The position numbers were made by a program, and so were the translations under genes. The notes beneath the pieces were generated by a model. That model saw nothing but the letters and a program-made list of their open reading frames with translations. It did not search any database and was not told the DNA's origin. A DNA stretch of 61,459 nucleotides, counting the filler, from Sphacelaria rigidula (taxonomy: Eukaryota): the NCBI GenBank assembly GCA_964200075.2. It is 7 parts of 7 records of this genome, joined end to end, with 100 filler letters (N's around TTAATTAATTAA, not from the genome) between each part and the next. Parts side by side here need not be neighbours in the genome. Positions count along the whole stretch, not along the records: positions 35,179 to 43,872 come from CAXNAA020010361.1; positions 43,973 to 52,666 come from CAXNAA020010362.1; 5 more parts are not named here. One strand, 5' to 3'. Below are positions 35,562-49,700 of the stretch, in pieces (within the stretch, counting starts at the first letter, position 1; the number at the start of each line of letters is the position of its first letter).

Positions 35562-38500
35562 ATGTTGTCACTAGCAAAGAGGGTGCGAGAGGCTGTTACC
35601 CCGGCGAGAAGAACGTCGGCATTCCTCACAAGAGGCGTTTTGACCCCAGAGGAATACATGTTGGCGGGAGACCAGCTCGTGTTCAAGTGCCCCACATGGT
35701 CGTGGTGAGTTGAGGGATTGCATGGCTTAATTGACCTATTTCTCAGTGCATGACGGGACGGTTGGTGTTCGTTTGGTGTAATGCTCCTCAGGTGACCCTT
35801 TGACCACGCGTATGCCTCTCATCCTGCACAACATTCAGCGTGAAATGCACGTAAAGTCAGGGCCCACCCTGTAATTGCCAGCATTTGAAATCGTGAGTGC
35901 GGGCGGGTTCGCATATTGATGAAATATTGTAGAAACAAGTGCAGATTGACACGCTTGCTGTTTGGGGTGAGGGGGGGCCTGCGTGAATGCCACGCAGGAA
36001 GACAATGCTGGTAAGCCTATTCAGCATGTTCAATTCGGGTCAGTGTGAGGACCCGGATCTCGGGAGTCGTGGCATGCAGAGCACTTGAATGCCTCACAAG
36101 ACTTGCGGTTGGCTTGAGGCCAAAGTCGTGACAAGGCTGGCGCCTAGGATTACAACTCAATGAACTCCACTGTAAAGTGTCGAGACCTTTTGGTCACCGT
36201 CCTGGTGTAACGTGGTGATGGAACCACGTGGGTAAGTCGGAGTTTGCGGAGTCCTACTACAGCGCCAGTAGACTTACTTCTACGTTGAGTCGCTCAAAAT
36301 CTGTTTTGTGTGTGGAAGCGGCGACATAGAGATGCCCACTCGTTACCCATTCCCGCAAAGTGTCGCGTATTTTCTTGTAACATTTGGACCCCACTGCCAC
36401 TGTACTTCCTGCCTGTGGTCGTCAACCTTGCTGTATACAGGGAAGGAGGAGATGCATCTAAGAACAAGGACTGTCTCCCGGACCCCAACAAGCAATTCCT
36501 CGTCACGAGAAATGGTGAGAATGCCGTATGCTGCTTCGATACTGCTAGTAATACCCGGAGAAGAATCGAGTATCATAATAGCGATGATGTAGTCAAGTTA
36601 CCATGCGATGAAGATGTCCACTTCGGTTCAACGGTGATTACAGCATCACTTCGAGCTCCTGTGTGATGGCTATATGGTGAGGATTGCAGTTTTGCGGACA
36701 AAGATTTTTGCTCACCAGGTCTGCTGCTTAATTATTCCTCAAAACGATGTCGAGATGACTGTTGAAATCGTCCTCTAGTTCACTATTCACTGAACGACTG
36801 CTGAAGACAACATGCCTATCACAACGACAACTTGACGCTCAGGTATCAAACGCTATCCGCCAGTTGTACAGTCCATCGTATCACTTGTCAATTTGCTGGT
36901 TTGTTCACGTGGCTCACACGACCCCAAGTATAAGCCAACAGATCGGTTCTCGCCCACGGAATTTCTCCCTGCGCGTGATGACGGCCATGACTGCCCCAGC
37001 CACAAAGTCAGTACATGGGAGTACACATTTCTGGTTCTCCCCCTCCTCACCGGCATGAAGCATCAAAATCACTTACGGCGAGTACTACGTGGTGAATGAG
37101 GGGACTAACGTAGGCCTCCGACTCCCGTTGGATCAAGGCACATTTTGTTCGTATGTCAAATTATTTTTTATATTTCTCAGAATCGCCTTGATGTGAATGC
37201 CTCATCTTCCCATGTGTCTTTGTCTCTTGGCCTATCTGTGTCTCCTTTAGTGCCGTGCCATAGGAGAGCCAAGGCATTAGAAGAAGAGTACGTGGGCGAC
37301 ACAGAGGTAATGATCGGTCAAGCACAAGGGGAAGGGTCGGCGGTGGGGCAATCGGGTGACGCGGGTGACGCGGCAGAAGAGGCGTGGGTAGAGCCAAACG
37401 TCGTGTCCGAGCCAACGCGAACGGATTGGGATGGGATAGATGCTGCACACAATGATGAGGCGGAGGATTTACAGCTGGATGGGAAAGTGTCAGCGAGGGA
37501 AGGGGGTGCAGCAGCAGACGGAGGTGAGACAGACAACCGATAAAGTGAAGAGAAGGGGTGTGGTGTTCGAATCTCCCTTACTGCGAAGCTTTTTTTGGAT
37601 CTTTCTGCAGGAGCACTCGCACGTTACAGTCAAGTCGCCTGCGTCCTCATTGGCTCATATCGACGAACTGTAAAAAGTGACCAGATAGCACCGGAAAATG
37701 ACTGGATCTTAGTTGACGTTCTGAGCGCCCCGCATATGGAAACCGTAGTCTGACGTCCATTCGTCAAGTGGGCATGATGCTGATTTAGCAGATGGACACT
37801 CCGACGTGGGCGGCCAAAAGGTTGAGGCTGACGGAAAGCACAACGGATTAAACACGTATTTCAAATTTCGAATTACACAGTGCATGTAAAACCGACATCG
37901 AAATAGAGAGACTCGGAACGAAGAGTAGAACAGGGAGCTAAAATAGGCCATCGGTATTTGAAAAGAGCACGACACTGCGCAGTTTGTGAAGAACACGTCG
38001 ATCAACAAGTACGGCATCGGATGTGGACAGGAGTCGCTTCGTTTCAAGTGTCGTGGGTCTTACATGCGACGTGATCGATAGTTATTCCGATTTCAGCGTT
38101 GATGAGGATGCAGGAGCAGACGAGGCTGGAGCAGTGCTGAGGTTTTCATGATCCCACGGGTACGGCAGTGTGATGTGGCGTGTAATGCTGTTGTGGTTGA
38201 TTCGTGTTCTCATAATGCAATTGATCATTTGTAGAAAAAACACGAGAGGGGTCAGCTGGTTCTCATATTTTTTGTCCGAGGTCACCACCTTGGCCTGTAT
38301 TTTCATTCCAGTGCCGGGACTCGATTTTATTTGCGATTATCCAGTGTGCTCTTACGTTTTGACACGTCACACTCCTTGGACATTACATGGTCAATAGATG
38401 CATTAGACAAAAATTGTACCACGTGAAGAATGGGCCTATTGCAACTATTGTCGACAATAGTTGCAATGGACTCATTCTTTACGCAGTACTTTTTGTGTTT

Positions 38501-39169
38501 ATTGCAACTATTGACCATATATTATTCGGGGTGTGAAACATTATAGTGCTTCATATCTAGGCACACGTACGTGATCGCCGTCATGTTAGCGTTGCCTGCC
38601 ACAATGTGCCGGTACACGTGTTGGATCCTTGTTTTGTGCAGTTTTTGACACTACTGTATCGTTCTCACATATGATTTACATGTCAATCATACGTGCCTGA
38701 CGCCCACCGCTATCGCATGTGGTAGTGCGAGACAGAGCGTTATTAATCTCGTCGTTCGCACTCCACCGTCCGCGTTGCGGCCCAACAATTGACAAAAAAT
38801 CTTTAGTCTAAACGTGGTACCGCAGTAGCTCGTCGTAGTCGCGAATCAGACGTTGCTGAAACAGCGCATCCTCGCTTGTTCTGTTTCCCCCCTGATCTCG
38901 TACGTGACACTCTAGTATCGTCTGCCAGCGCCGGGCTTGGCGCTATCCAACTCGTCGAGTCTCACTTCACTGCACCACCACCAAATCAAAAGTCGGCATC
39001 GACTGCCAAGTCGAACACCGAGGAAGGGGATGCCTCGAGCGACCCGAGTAGCTCACAAGAGGTCGGGAAGGGTTCAGAAGCGGCAGGAGGGGCTGGCGAG
39101 GGGGAGGTCGAGGAGGATTGTCCAGACTTGGACAGCTTTGTGGAGGATAATTTAATGCAGGGAGACGAG
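35562..39169 (+). CDS. ATG3: Autophagy E2-like enzyme ATG3, 5' part. Exons 35562-35704, 36441-36514, 37251-(37306 or 37523), ~38993-39169; 3' exons lie outside the contig
   Basis: [31 protein letters not shown], then [24 protein letters not shown], then VPCHRRA (conserved Atg3 N-terminus) with compatible intron phases. An acidic flexible region with [12 protein letters not shown] follows. Internal boundaries of the acidic region are uncertain. Confidence 0.92.
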
Positions 39170-39719
39170 GTGAGTTTTGGGAATTGTGTTCCTTCCCAAA
39201 GGCGCTCTCGCTGCCCGTTGTTTTGATATTTGATTAAACGTAAGTTACGATCAAATAAGCAAGCATTCTATGTGAAGTCTCGTGAAGTACTGTGGCTAGT
39301 TCAGTGTGAAGTGCGGTGGTCCGGTAGTCGTTGGAAAGAGTGTCCAGGGTTTTTTTGGCAGTGGAGTATGATTCGATGCGGGTGGATCAAGCGAGTGTCG
39401 CTCTGTGCTCCCATGGTGTGTGAAAGAAGCCAAGCGCGGAGGAATACGTGTGGTTTGGTTGACCGGGATGACGACTCGAGTGTCCGCTGTGTCTGTCTGT
39501 CTACCGTGCGCATAAAATGGCAATGGCAGCCTCTGTGCTGTTTGTGTTCCATATCTAGTTATAGGTTTCCACCCAACGACGGAAATACATGTGTGTGTGG
39601 GGGGGTATGGCGGCCCTGTACTGTACCGTACCAACAGAACCATGACGAAGGACTGATCGCAGCAGTGCTCGTGTATTTGCACTGCCAGTGTAGGTTGTTG
39701 CAAGTCTATGCCTCAAAGC

Positions 39720-39929
39720 TTCTCGCACCTTGGGAATCCTGGCACTCACGTGTTGAGGGGCGAGTGCTTCTGGGCCTAGCGTGCTGGCGATAGACTCCTC
39801 AATGACAAGGCCGACTCCGAGCATTCCCGGTTTACCGCCGTCTCCATGGCAGTGGCCGCTGCAGTGAACGATGTATCCTGCTGCTGGTGCGGGGAATGTT
39901 GTTCGTTCATCTCGACGGGTTTCTTGAAG
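39720..39929 (-). repeat. Inverted copy of the LINE endonuclease 5' segment (40126-40341)
   Basis: LQETRR..RTTFPAPAAGYIVHCSGH..GKPGMLGVGL.I.ESIASTLG is encoded on both strands, with scattered substitutions between copies. Confidence 0.9.
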
Positions 39930-39999
39930 GGAAAGACCAGATCGGCAAGCAGCCAAGGCTTAGGCTCGCGCTAATCGCACTACCGCAAGGGCGAAGTCT

Positions 40000-42900
40000 C
40001 GATCCAAAAAGCTGGTAGTGACCACTTGGAACGTACGCACCATGGTCGAGAGAGGTTTCAAAGGAACAGGCCACGCAGAGAACCTGCTGCTGTTTGCGTC
40101 CGAATACAACTGTGATTTCGTCGCCCCTCAAGAAACCCGTCGAGATTGGACGAACAACCTTCCCCGCACCAGCAGCAGGATACATAGTTAGTTCACTGCA
40201 GCGGCCACAGCCGTGGAGACGGGGGTAAACCGGGAATGCTTGGAGTCGGCCTTGCCATTAAGGAGTCTATCGCCAGCACACTGGGCCGAGAAGTCATCGC
40301 CCCCGAACACGTGAGTGCCAGGATCCTCAAGGTACGAGTAGTTTTCAGGCATGGAGTTGCCACAACCTTCATCATGGGGTATGCTCCTACTTAGAGCACA
40401 GGGCTCTGAAAAGACCAAGTTCTGGAAAACCCTTGAGTAGTTCCATCGCTGAAGTGCCCACCAACGAACACCTGGTACTCATGATGGACGCCAATGCTCG
40501 TACCGGAAAGAAAGAAGGAGGATGTATGAATGACGTTCGGGTATCGGGAGAGTATGGCAGAGACACCCGGAATGATAATGGTAGATTCCTACCGAAACGA
40601 CCATCACCAGCACATGTTTTCGCACAATAACTCGCGGGGAAAGCTCGACCGTGTACACATATGCAGGGCCGAAGGTCGAACACCGCTGGCACCTTGACTA
40701 CATCCTATTACGTTAGCAAACCGAAATGTTACTGTGCACCCCGAGATGAAATCGGATCATTGTTTGGTCCCAGCCGCCATTCATCTCCTCGGACGGAATT
40801 CTCCCAACCGCCAACCGAAACCGAGAGGCGGGGATCGAGGAGTGCATTTCGACCGCTAAGCCCTCGTATCCGACCGACGCTGGAGAGCGATTGTCTCACA
40901 GGCCATTGTGGCCAAGCTCCTGAATACCACCAATCCCCCCGCAGTATTGGACGTCAACGACAGACGGTCGCGGAAACACTCCCTCGATGTCTCAAGAAAA
41001 CCCCATCTAGAGGTTTCAGTGAGTCAACTCAAGCTCAGGATGGCCTCCAGAAAGCGTGGGATCTCAGGAAAAGTGTACGGGAGAAACTGCGAGCAAACCC
41101 CAAAAACGCTGTCCTGAAGAAGACGCTTAGGGTGACGACGGGCAAAGCGTTCAAAAGGGTGAAGATGCTAAGCTGCAGAAGTTCGTTCACGAGTTCACAG
41201 TCCGGCCCGCGGAGTTTGTTCGTAAGGAGGATCAAGCAGGACTGTACCAGCATATCAAGTCCTTGGAATTGGAAGGCAAGAAGTAGAGCGACTCAACTTA
41301 CGTCATCAGAAGCGCGACTGACAAGCTGTTGCGCGACAAGCAAGCTATCCTGCAACGATGAAAGGAATGGTTCAAAACACTGCTGAACGTAACCTCGTCT
41401 ACAATCAACCACTCTGCCATCAACGTCATCGAACAGATGCCGGAGCACGCACCGCCCGCGGCGAAGCCCTCGATGGCAGAAATGAAGGAAGCGGTAGGTA
41501 AGCTGGCGAACGGCAAGGCCGTTGGAACGGATAACCTCTGTGGCGAGCTATTGAAGCTCGGCCGCACCGAAGACTCTGCCATCCTGAAGTGCCCCCACAA
41601 CATCGTGCTCACCGTGTGGTGTCAGGAAGTAGTGCCGAAAGACTGGAAAGACACCATCATCAAGGCGCTTTTCAAGAAACAGGACCCGCACGAATGTGGC
41701 AACTACCGCGGTGTTTCTCTCGGGTCCCACGCGGGCAAGGTGGTGATCAAGATAGTTGCGACTCGCTTCAGCGCCTACTGCGAGTGGAAGAAAACCCTCC
41801 CCAAGAGCGCAATGCGGTTTCCGACCTGGCTGGTCCGCAATTGACATGCTGTTCGTTGTGCGCAGGTTCCAAGAACTGGCCAGAGAGAAGAATGCCCCTC
41901 TGCACATGTGCTTCATCGACCTCCAAGACGCATACGATCCAGTGGACCGCTCTCCTCTCAGGAAAGTTCTAGCAAGCTAGGTACTGACGGGGACGTTCGA
42001 ACGCTGCTCGATCAATAAAGCGGTGACGCAGGACTTCATGCGCATCGCTGAAAGGGGCGAGAAGACCAGGGACGAACTCACCGAAGTGCCCTGGGCTATG
42101 CTATACGACGACGACGCTAGGATCGCCTCGCCATGTCAACCACGCCGAGCAAATATGATGCCGCCCGTCGTCGAGGTATGTGCGGCATTCGGTCTCGTCG
42201 TCGCGGAAAAGAAGACGGTGACCATGCGCATGCACTCCCCGAACATGGAGGCGGATACGGTCGAGGTGGAGGCAGCGGGCCGAAGACACAGAAAAAACGA
42301 GTATTTTCTGAAGCTTGACTGAAACATCAGCAGCATCGGTGATGTCACTCCGAAGATCCATAGTCGCACTGGCCAGGCCTGGATATGCTTCTTCAAGTAC
42401 AGCAGAGCGGTATACCACAACCCGTGCATCGCCCTGGCCAGCAAGGTTCGTCTCCTGAAAACTGAAGTGATCGAAGTAATGCTGTACAGCTGCGTGGCTG
42501 GACGATCGCACACGACAATTTTCGGTGCGTTACGGGAGGCCCATCCAGGATTCTTGCTGAGGTGCCTAAATAAGCGTGCGTGAAGCTGCAGCGCCCGTGA
42601 GTACCACATGCTGCGATACCATGAGGTGCTTAAACGAGCTAGCTGCGAGTGCATTGAGGCCATCGTGACGAAACGAATCGTCCTACACGCCGGCCGTATT
42701 GTGCACATCCACGATGAACGCCTCCCCAACATCATGTGTGGAGTCATGGTTGGGGGGAAGACGAGGGCAGGCGGACTGGCAAGGCGCCTACAACACTGTA
42801 TCACGGACTGCTGTCCGTGCTTTGGAATAAACCAAGATGTGTCCGAATGGTCCCGAGTTTTAGAGGAGTGGGCTAAGATGCACATGGCAACCCGGACCAA

Positions 42901-43260
42901 AGCACGCCATGTCTGGGAAATAATTTGCTGTGCCACCACCAGAGCTCCCCCAGTGGCTACCGAGGACCTGTGGAAAGTAATCAGAAGTCCATTCGGTAGT
43001 AAACTCGCTCGTACATCTGCCGTCTTTTAGAACAGCTGTGGTTGTTTTTGAGTCGACCCTCACCTGTTGGTCATGCTGATCCCCCTGTGTCATCTGTCTT
43101 GTCTTGACTTGTCTTTTGTTTGCCTTTTTTTCGGTGTGCTTTTTAGCAGATCTGAAGCCTTTTTTCTTTCCCTTCTCACCCCGTTTTGAACTCGGGGAAG
43201 GTTCTTCTTGCATGTTTTTCTTATTTTCATTTTGGTAACATTTTTGTTGATTGTGTCTGT
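40000..43260 (+). mobile_element. Degenerate non-LTR retrotransposon (RTE-like LINE: APE endonuclease plus RT) inside an ATG3 intron
   Basis: TWNVRT, QETR, GVGLAI, YAPT, MDANARTG, NDNG and SDH (APE); [35 protein letters not shown] and MLYDDD (RT). An apparent internal deletion near 41980 removes the QG motif; T-rich 3' tail. Confidence 0.92.
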
Positions 43261-43872
43261 TTTGTAATTAGTCTGGAGTCTCGGAAAGAAATGACGAATG
43301 ATCTGTATCCTGTAAGGAAAAGCAAGGACGGTATCGGAAAGACGAGCCCAAGTCTGTGCCCACTGGTGCGAGATATCGGACTAATGTGCGGAACTAATGA
43401 TAATGATGATGATGAGTGTGGCGCTTGGTCTCTGAGTACAGCAATTATCTCTACCCAACAGGTCCAACATGTTTTTGGTGTCACCGCAAAACGAACCGTT
43501 TGATGCTGAAAACGTCAACGTGGGGCGTTCTGTGACATGCATATTTGGGATTGTGACTCATGGTTGACAAGATCTAACGAGTGCGAGTGATGCTCGTGGG
43601 ACTCCGACTCGTCACAATCGCCTTTGTTGTGGGCTATGTTTGGAACGGCTCTCGTGGTGACTGGCGACTGATGATCTTCTCTGACTCGCACGACTCAAAT
43701 CACACTCAGTTCTATTTTTTGCGGTATGATTCGCCGCGACACCAGTAACAGTAGACAGAGAAAACAGCCCGTTCCCTTGGTTCCCCCCCCCCCCCCCCAG
43801 CCCCAACCCCACGACCGAGCACGACGCCCCACACCCCCACCCCCGCTACCCCCGCCCCCCCCCCCCGCCCCA

Positions 43873-43972
43873 NNNNNNNNNNNNNNNNNNNNNNNNNNNN
43901 NNNNNNNNNNNNNNNNTTAATTAATTAANNNNNNNNNNNNNNNNNNNNNNNNNNNNNNNNNNNNNNNNNNNN
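43873..43972. other. Artificial contig spacer
   Basis: N44-TTAATTAATTAA-N44. Confidence 0.98.
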
Positions 43973-46900
43973 AAGTTGTTTTCGTTTCGAAAACGTGCGG
44001 TCGAATCGAATTCCCTCGTTTCTGATTCGCCCACGCTCTTTATTTTCTCAGATGGTTGAGAACATGGATGCCGTTGACGTATCAGGTACGAGCAAATTCG
44101 ATTCCACCGTACGTTTTCGAGTCGAAGACAATTGATCAGACACGGCCTGAGCTCTTGTCACCTGACTCACTTCGGCCTCAGTTACGTTGTCTATTGCCTG
44201 CTAGGTTTCATTATTAGATTGCACATCTGGCCATGGACCAGGCAGTTTATGTTCACCTACACAGCGCATACTACTGTTTATTAGCTATATCGCTGCTTCT
44301 GCTTGGCTCTGTGCTCTGCAATTGATTAATTAAGTGACTCTCATGCCCGGTTGGCAGTCACTGACTAGGTTCCAGTCTAAAGCCAAGTAACTTGTCATTG
44401 AGTTGTTGTCTAGGATTTGGCACAGAAACGGCAGTCCCCCCCCTTCCCCTCCAACCTACCGACCAATCGGCCCCAAACGCAAAAATGTGAGTTGGGGTCC
44501 CGGATTTGTTTTTGGGGCGCCCTTGCTCGCCCTACTAATTTCTTCCACAACGAGCAATGAATCGAGTACGGCCAACGAGCGGCCCAAGGGGTGCCTGTTA
44601 TACTCGTGTTCGTCCGACGTGTGAAAGATTTCAGTGTGCCACTGAGTAAAAGACCAATGTGGGGACGGCTGTCAGGAGGAGTTCGTGTATTGAATCGGCA
44701 TCAGTTGCAGTCAAGAAGTGGGAACGATACCAGGTGACACGCACTGGCGACCGGCCTCACACTCCACAAACCCAGACCCACTACTGTACGCTTCTCGACC
44801 ATTCAAAAACTGTTCTGTCTTCCAAACTCAAATTACGTGAACGTACCGTTCGTTCTGGTTAGGATCTATGATATCTACTATACTGTTGTAGTTTACCCAG
44901 CTCACTGTACTGATGTTATCTACAGCTCAGTGCTCACAGTCCTGTCCTTCGTGGGATTAAAATGAAACTCAAACTCACGAGAATTCACATCAGCAAGGCC
45001 CCTGGATGCAGGACTCTGTAAATTGAAGTACTGCTTACACTTGTAGATGAAGGCCAAGCAATACATACTAGGGTGAAATGTTTCTCACCGAAAAAGCCCA
45101 GCGTTCCAACTTCGATCATCTAGAATATGTGGCTGACTGCATACGGCACTGTTTGTTGCACTGCTGCTGCAGTATAGCACACCACCTGAAATAGCTTCCC
45201 TTGGGAAGTTAGCCTTTGAGCACGGAAGGCGCCCGCATGATGCCTAGTACGGATTGTAAAAGTACTGCACAGATATCGAAACGGTTTTTAATGTAAAGGC
45301 AACACTAGCAACAACAACCCACAGTAGCCGAGAGTGCGTGTTTTGAGGCGCCGAAAACGCATCATTTGCCCCTTCACTACTACTGTATACCATATGCTAC
45401 GCACAGTACTGGTAATCGTGTACGAGTATGATTAGAGGCACGCCGTTGCGGTTTCGAATTTGATCGAAGGGCTCCATCTCACACACAGTAGTAACATCAT
45501 CGTACGCAGGAGTACGAGGCAAACGGCTGAGTGGCAAAGCGGGTTTGCTTTCAAGTCTCAAACTGACTCATAGCGTGAAGGCTTCAAAGTCAGAGATAGG
45601 CTGAGGCCAGAGCAAAGACTAAAATAGTACCCGCAGCATCTTCTCTGCGTGCGGCATTATTCGATAGGAAAACCATGGATACCTCGCAACCAGTGTATGT
45701 TCGTTTGTGTATGCAGAACAACAGGTCTCAGTATATGAAGAGTGCAGAGAAGGGGGAAAGCCCTGATCATTTTTCATTGCATGCTAGATCGGACTCCAGT
45801 GCGAGACCTTCATCGGAGTATTTTGCCGTGCATTGTACAGTTGGGAGCTTGCTGGTGTACTGCACTCATGAAAACACGACGCCGATCCGTGTGTTCCATA
45901 ATGACGACAGATTACGCAACAGGATGTGGCCGTAGACTGTAGAGTTCATGACATATCGAACACGCGCATGGTTGAACACCGTCGCGGACAAAAGTGAAAG
46001 CCCCCGTCTCTACTGCTTCTTGACAAAGAGAGCTTTCGAGACTATGGTGGGTTGGTAAAAATGGTCACCAAAATGAATGGGGTGTAAGCTGTACTGTTGC
46101 GTTTGGCGCTGTGCTCTGGTTGTTGCTTGGGACCCGTGATGCGCCGTCTGATACACCCCTCCGAGAATGTCGGTGCTTGTCCTGGAGGGTGGGCGAGTTA
46201 CTGAACACTCTCCTGAGAACAGTACAGTAGTACGATAGTACAATTCAAAGAGTATAGACAATATACAGTCAGTATGATATAACGAAACTGCTACACACAA
46301 GCGGCGAATATCAAGTGGCATCTCGTGAATCGCAACCAGTAAATCACGGACGCGAGATGACCATCGGGTATCTCAGCGCGGCACGCTCAGGACAGCAGCA
46401 GTAAACAGTCATATCTAAAACGAACACCCCGCCTTCTACCCCAAGTCATCTTACCTCGCTATCATCCAGCTAACCTCCACACGACATGGGATATCCAAGT
46501 TCACCCAGCACACTCAACAGTCGCAGAAGTGTTCACCATACGGTATCGTGGTACAACGCTAACGCTTTAGTCTAGACACAGCGTTGTGGGGAGCAGCTAT
46601 TCGGTAGGGATACCGACAGAGAAGAAGGTTCAGTACAAAACGACGGACAGCCAGTAGCACCGCATCTTGAAGATGGGCACAAGGACCATCCATGTATGAC
46701 ATTACGGTACGCCATCATGCACCCTCTTTACCGTCATTCGCGCTCCCTCGCAACACGGCAACATCACATATTACTTCGCGCGATCCACACACACACCAAA
46801 AATTACATGAGCGCTGGCCTGCTCAAATAGGATATGAGATACCTGCCAAATGAAGGGTATCTCCGCGCGTCCGCCCACCACTTTGTTCGTTGTTACTGTT

Positions 46901-47089
46901 GTGACGGTTGGGTACTGGAGGCAATCTTGCGCGTCGCCAGCTATAAGCTGTAGATGCTGTTGGCGATTGCAGTGCCCTGGGAGATCTGCGCCGCTGTCGA
47001 CGCTGCTGTGCTGCTGTTGTCGTAGCTCTTCTAGAAGGCATTATTGACTGTCGCTCTCTAGCGCAACCAGCCGAGCCCCCAAGTCTCTA

Positions 47090-49700
47090 GTGAGTCATTG
47101 TCCCTCTCTACTCTTCCCTTTTTGCGGGTGTTGGAACAGCGGTTCACCCGATTGCGAAGAAATTGCGGCGAGTTTTCTGTCTGTTCCCCGGATCAGTGCG
47201 CGTCTAAGATTGGATGGGGTATAACAGCCCCCCTTGCCAACGGGTCCTCAATATCGATTTTCTCAGAAATCAAGGGCCTCCACTCCCGAGATATCCAGTT
47301 CACCAAAGTTTTCTGGTGAAATTATTTCACAGACGTAAGATTCAAAGGTACGGCGACCACCTTTCTCGGGAAGATCGTGATTGAAAAGTTGGTTGCAGGG
47401 AGTGTTATACCACGTCATATACGTGGTCCGTTGAGTTGCCCAGCCGTTTCACTACTACTCTTGTTGTAATGTCTGTACGGTCAGTAGCCTGCGGTTGTGG
47501 TGTAGTTCAGTGCTTGCTGTAACCTTGTTAATCATGCTACTGCTAGCGTGATTGTGTCTTGCCTACATCATACTTAGTCTTTGTGCGGCGATGGTGGATC
47601 CCCCAAAACTACGCGAAGACTCAGACTCCCAAAAAATACCGATTGAGAGAGAACACCCCGCGAAAATACCCAGAAAAGATACTATTTCTGCAGTCAATCT
47701 TCTCTTTCCAAGGGAAACACCCTTACGCATGGATGTCGGCGGTGTGACGACCGCCGGTCGGGAAAATAGCGATCGATTGTTAAATTTATTGAACCTTCCC
47801 AGCACGGGGAACGTTGCAGTCTATCGTCTTGAGCATTCTGTAGTACACTGTACAACAACAATGTACGCCTACTTTTGTTGCAATATTTGTTGGCAGCATG
47901 TCGTAAGCCGTGTCATGTCCGAATTGGGAACACCTGCTGCCGGACCAACACAACAGCAAGAAGTGTGATCCACCACGAGATCTTTCGGCCCCATCCTTGC
48001 TTGCACCGGCTGTGTAAGCGATAATACCGGAGCAATACAACAATTAGTGAAGCCCAGGACGAGCAGAAGGGATCCCTTGCAACACACATCAGACACTTTC
48101 TGCGATACCCCCCCCAAAAAACCAGCTAAAAGTGTCACGAAAAAAATGACCATACAGCGCCTGATGNNNNNNNNNNCCCAAGCGTTGGAATTCCCAGCCT
48201 ATCGTTGTGCTCGGCTTTTCCCATTTCGATTTACGTGAAGATTTTGCCTCCCGGAACCATGCACTTTCGGGGGGGGAGCTATCGTAGAAAGTCTCATCAC
48301 TTACAGTATTTCATACACCAAATTTACCGTACTTATGAGCCTCTGTCTTGCCGAGTCAACCCAATTACCACGAGCGTCCGAAAACACCACTTTTAGTTCG
48401 TCCTCGGGTGGTCTATGGTCGTCGAGTTCAATCAACGTGCTGCTTTGGACGCTTGTTATTTCGTATCTCGTGAAGTCTCGTACCGAACAATTCTATCCTA
48501 TAACAACATGTAAAGCGGGGGTACTAGCATAATCCATACAAGATACTATCTCGCTTCTTTTTTACTTGAGAAGACAGAGCCTTACACAGAGTCAGCATCA
48601 GTATACAAAAAATATATTATGCAGTATAGTACTCCGTAATACATAAACAGTACAGCGTTCGAAAATTTCAAAAATTTGACGGCAACAGTCAGCCTCGATC
48701 AAAAAAATTATTCCAAATGCGTATACTGTAGCTCTCTTATGTTTTAACAACAGGCAAAGCCTCTGTTTCACTTGATGAATACATTCAGAGAAGTCGCCGA
48801 AATAGGTCGTCACTTCTTCTGTGGTTTTGAACAATTGCACTTCAGCAATCGGATGTTGCCGGTTAGAGTAAGCTCGACGACTGTTGACTGTCGTTGGATT
48901 CAACATCAGCTACTCGTACATGATACAGACATCCTTTCTTTGTCCAGTAAATGAAAGTAAAAAGGTCGATCGTGTTCATGCCGGTCGGTAACCATGCCTG
49001 ATGCGTTAGATATTCACGTTTTGGAATATTGGGCGCCTTTGGGGCGAAATCTTCGTTTTCTGTTAGCGCACTATCCTACTTCGGTGAACGGCCGAGAAAA
49101 AAGCAGTCGGCCCGAAAATGTCCGTTCGTCGTCCCTATTCCGGGCCGGTGGGGGGGTGTATTGGGGGTTACTCATGGTCATGCATGCCATAGTCTTGAGA
49201 CGATTGACCTCGAATCCCTACGAAGCCGGGACGGAGCACGCCGGGTTTTCGCCGCACCAGGGTCGCCCTGAAACCACCAAGCGCGAAGCGTCGTGGTGTG
49301 TTCGGCCAGTCGCATGAAGATTGTTCGGCCCGAAGCCTGCTGATCATCTTGCATTTGGATGACACAGCCTACAATGAGTTGCTTCATTTTCTAGTATCGC
49401 CACTTCCAGAGACAGCCATGACTTATATACTGCCTCATGGGTGTGTGTGGGGGGGGGAGCGTCGAGAAATACGTTCAACACAGAAAAAAAGTTGGTCGTT
49501 CTCGCCTTCACTGAAAGTTTAAGCTAGGTACGAGTAGCCACACGCCTTAGTGAAAGCCTCGCCATCGTATTTTACGAGCCTTCGCAGTTTCGTCATATTT
49601 GTGTTCCGTACTCGGGACCAAAAACTTGGCGCTCTGTGAGCGGATCCAGACTGCCCTTCGGCACCCTTGAGGTCCCTGGCGGAACTGCCAGTGCTCATCT
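47090..49700 (-). pseudogene. Probable highly decayed hAT transposase remnant; a second fragment on + at ~52500-52666
   Basis: Across frameshifts, ALDF*E..LLYP.LDALIR..AISSQSGEPLF (47130-47290) resembles the hAT dimerisation motif. A TRWGS-Y-like segment at 49381-49445 is duplicated in inverted form at 52603-52666. Confidence 0.35.
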
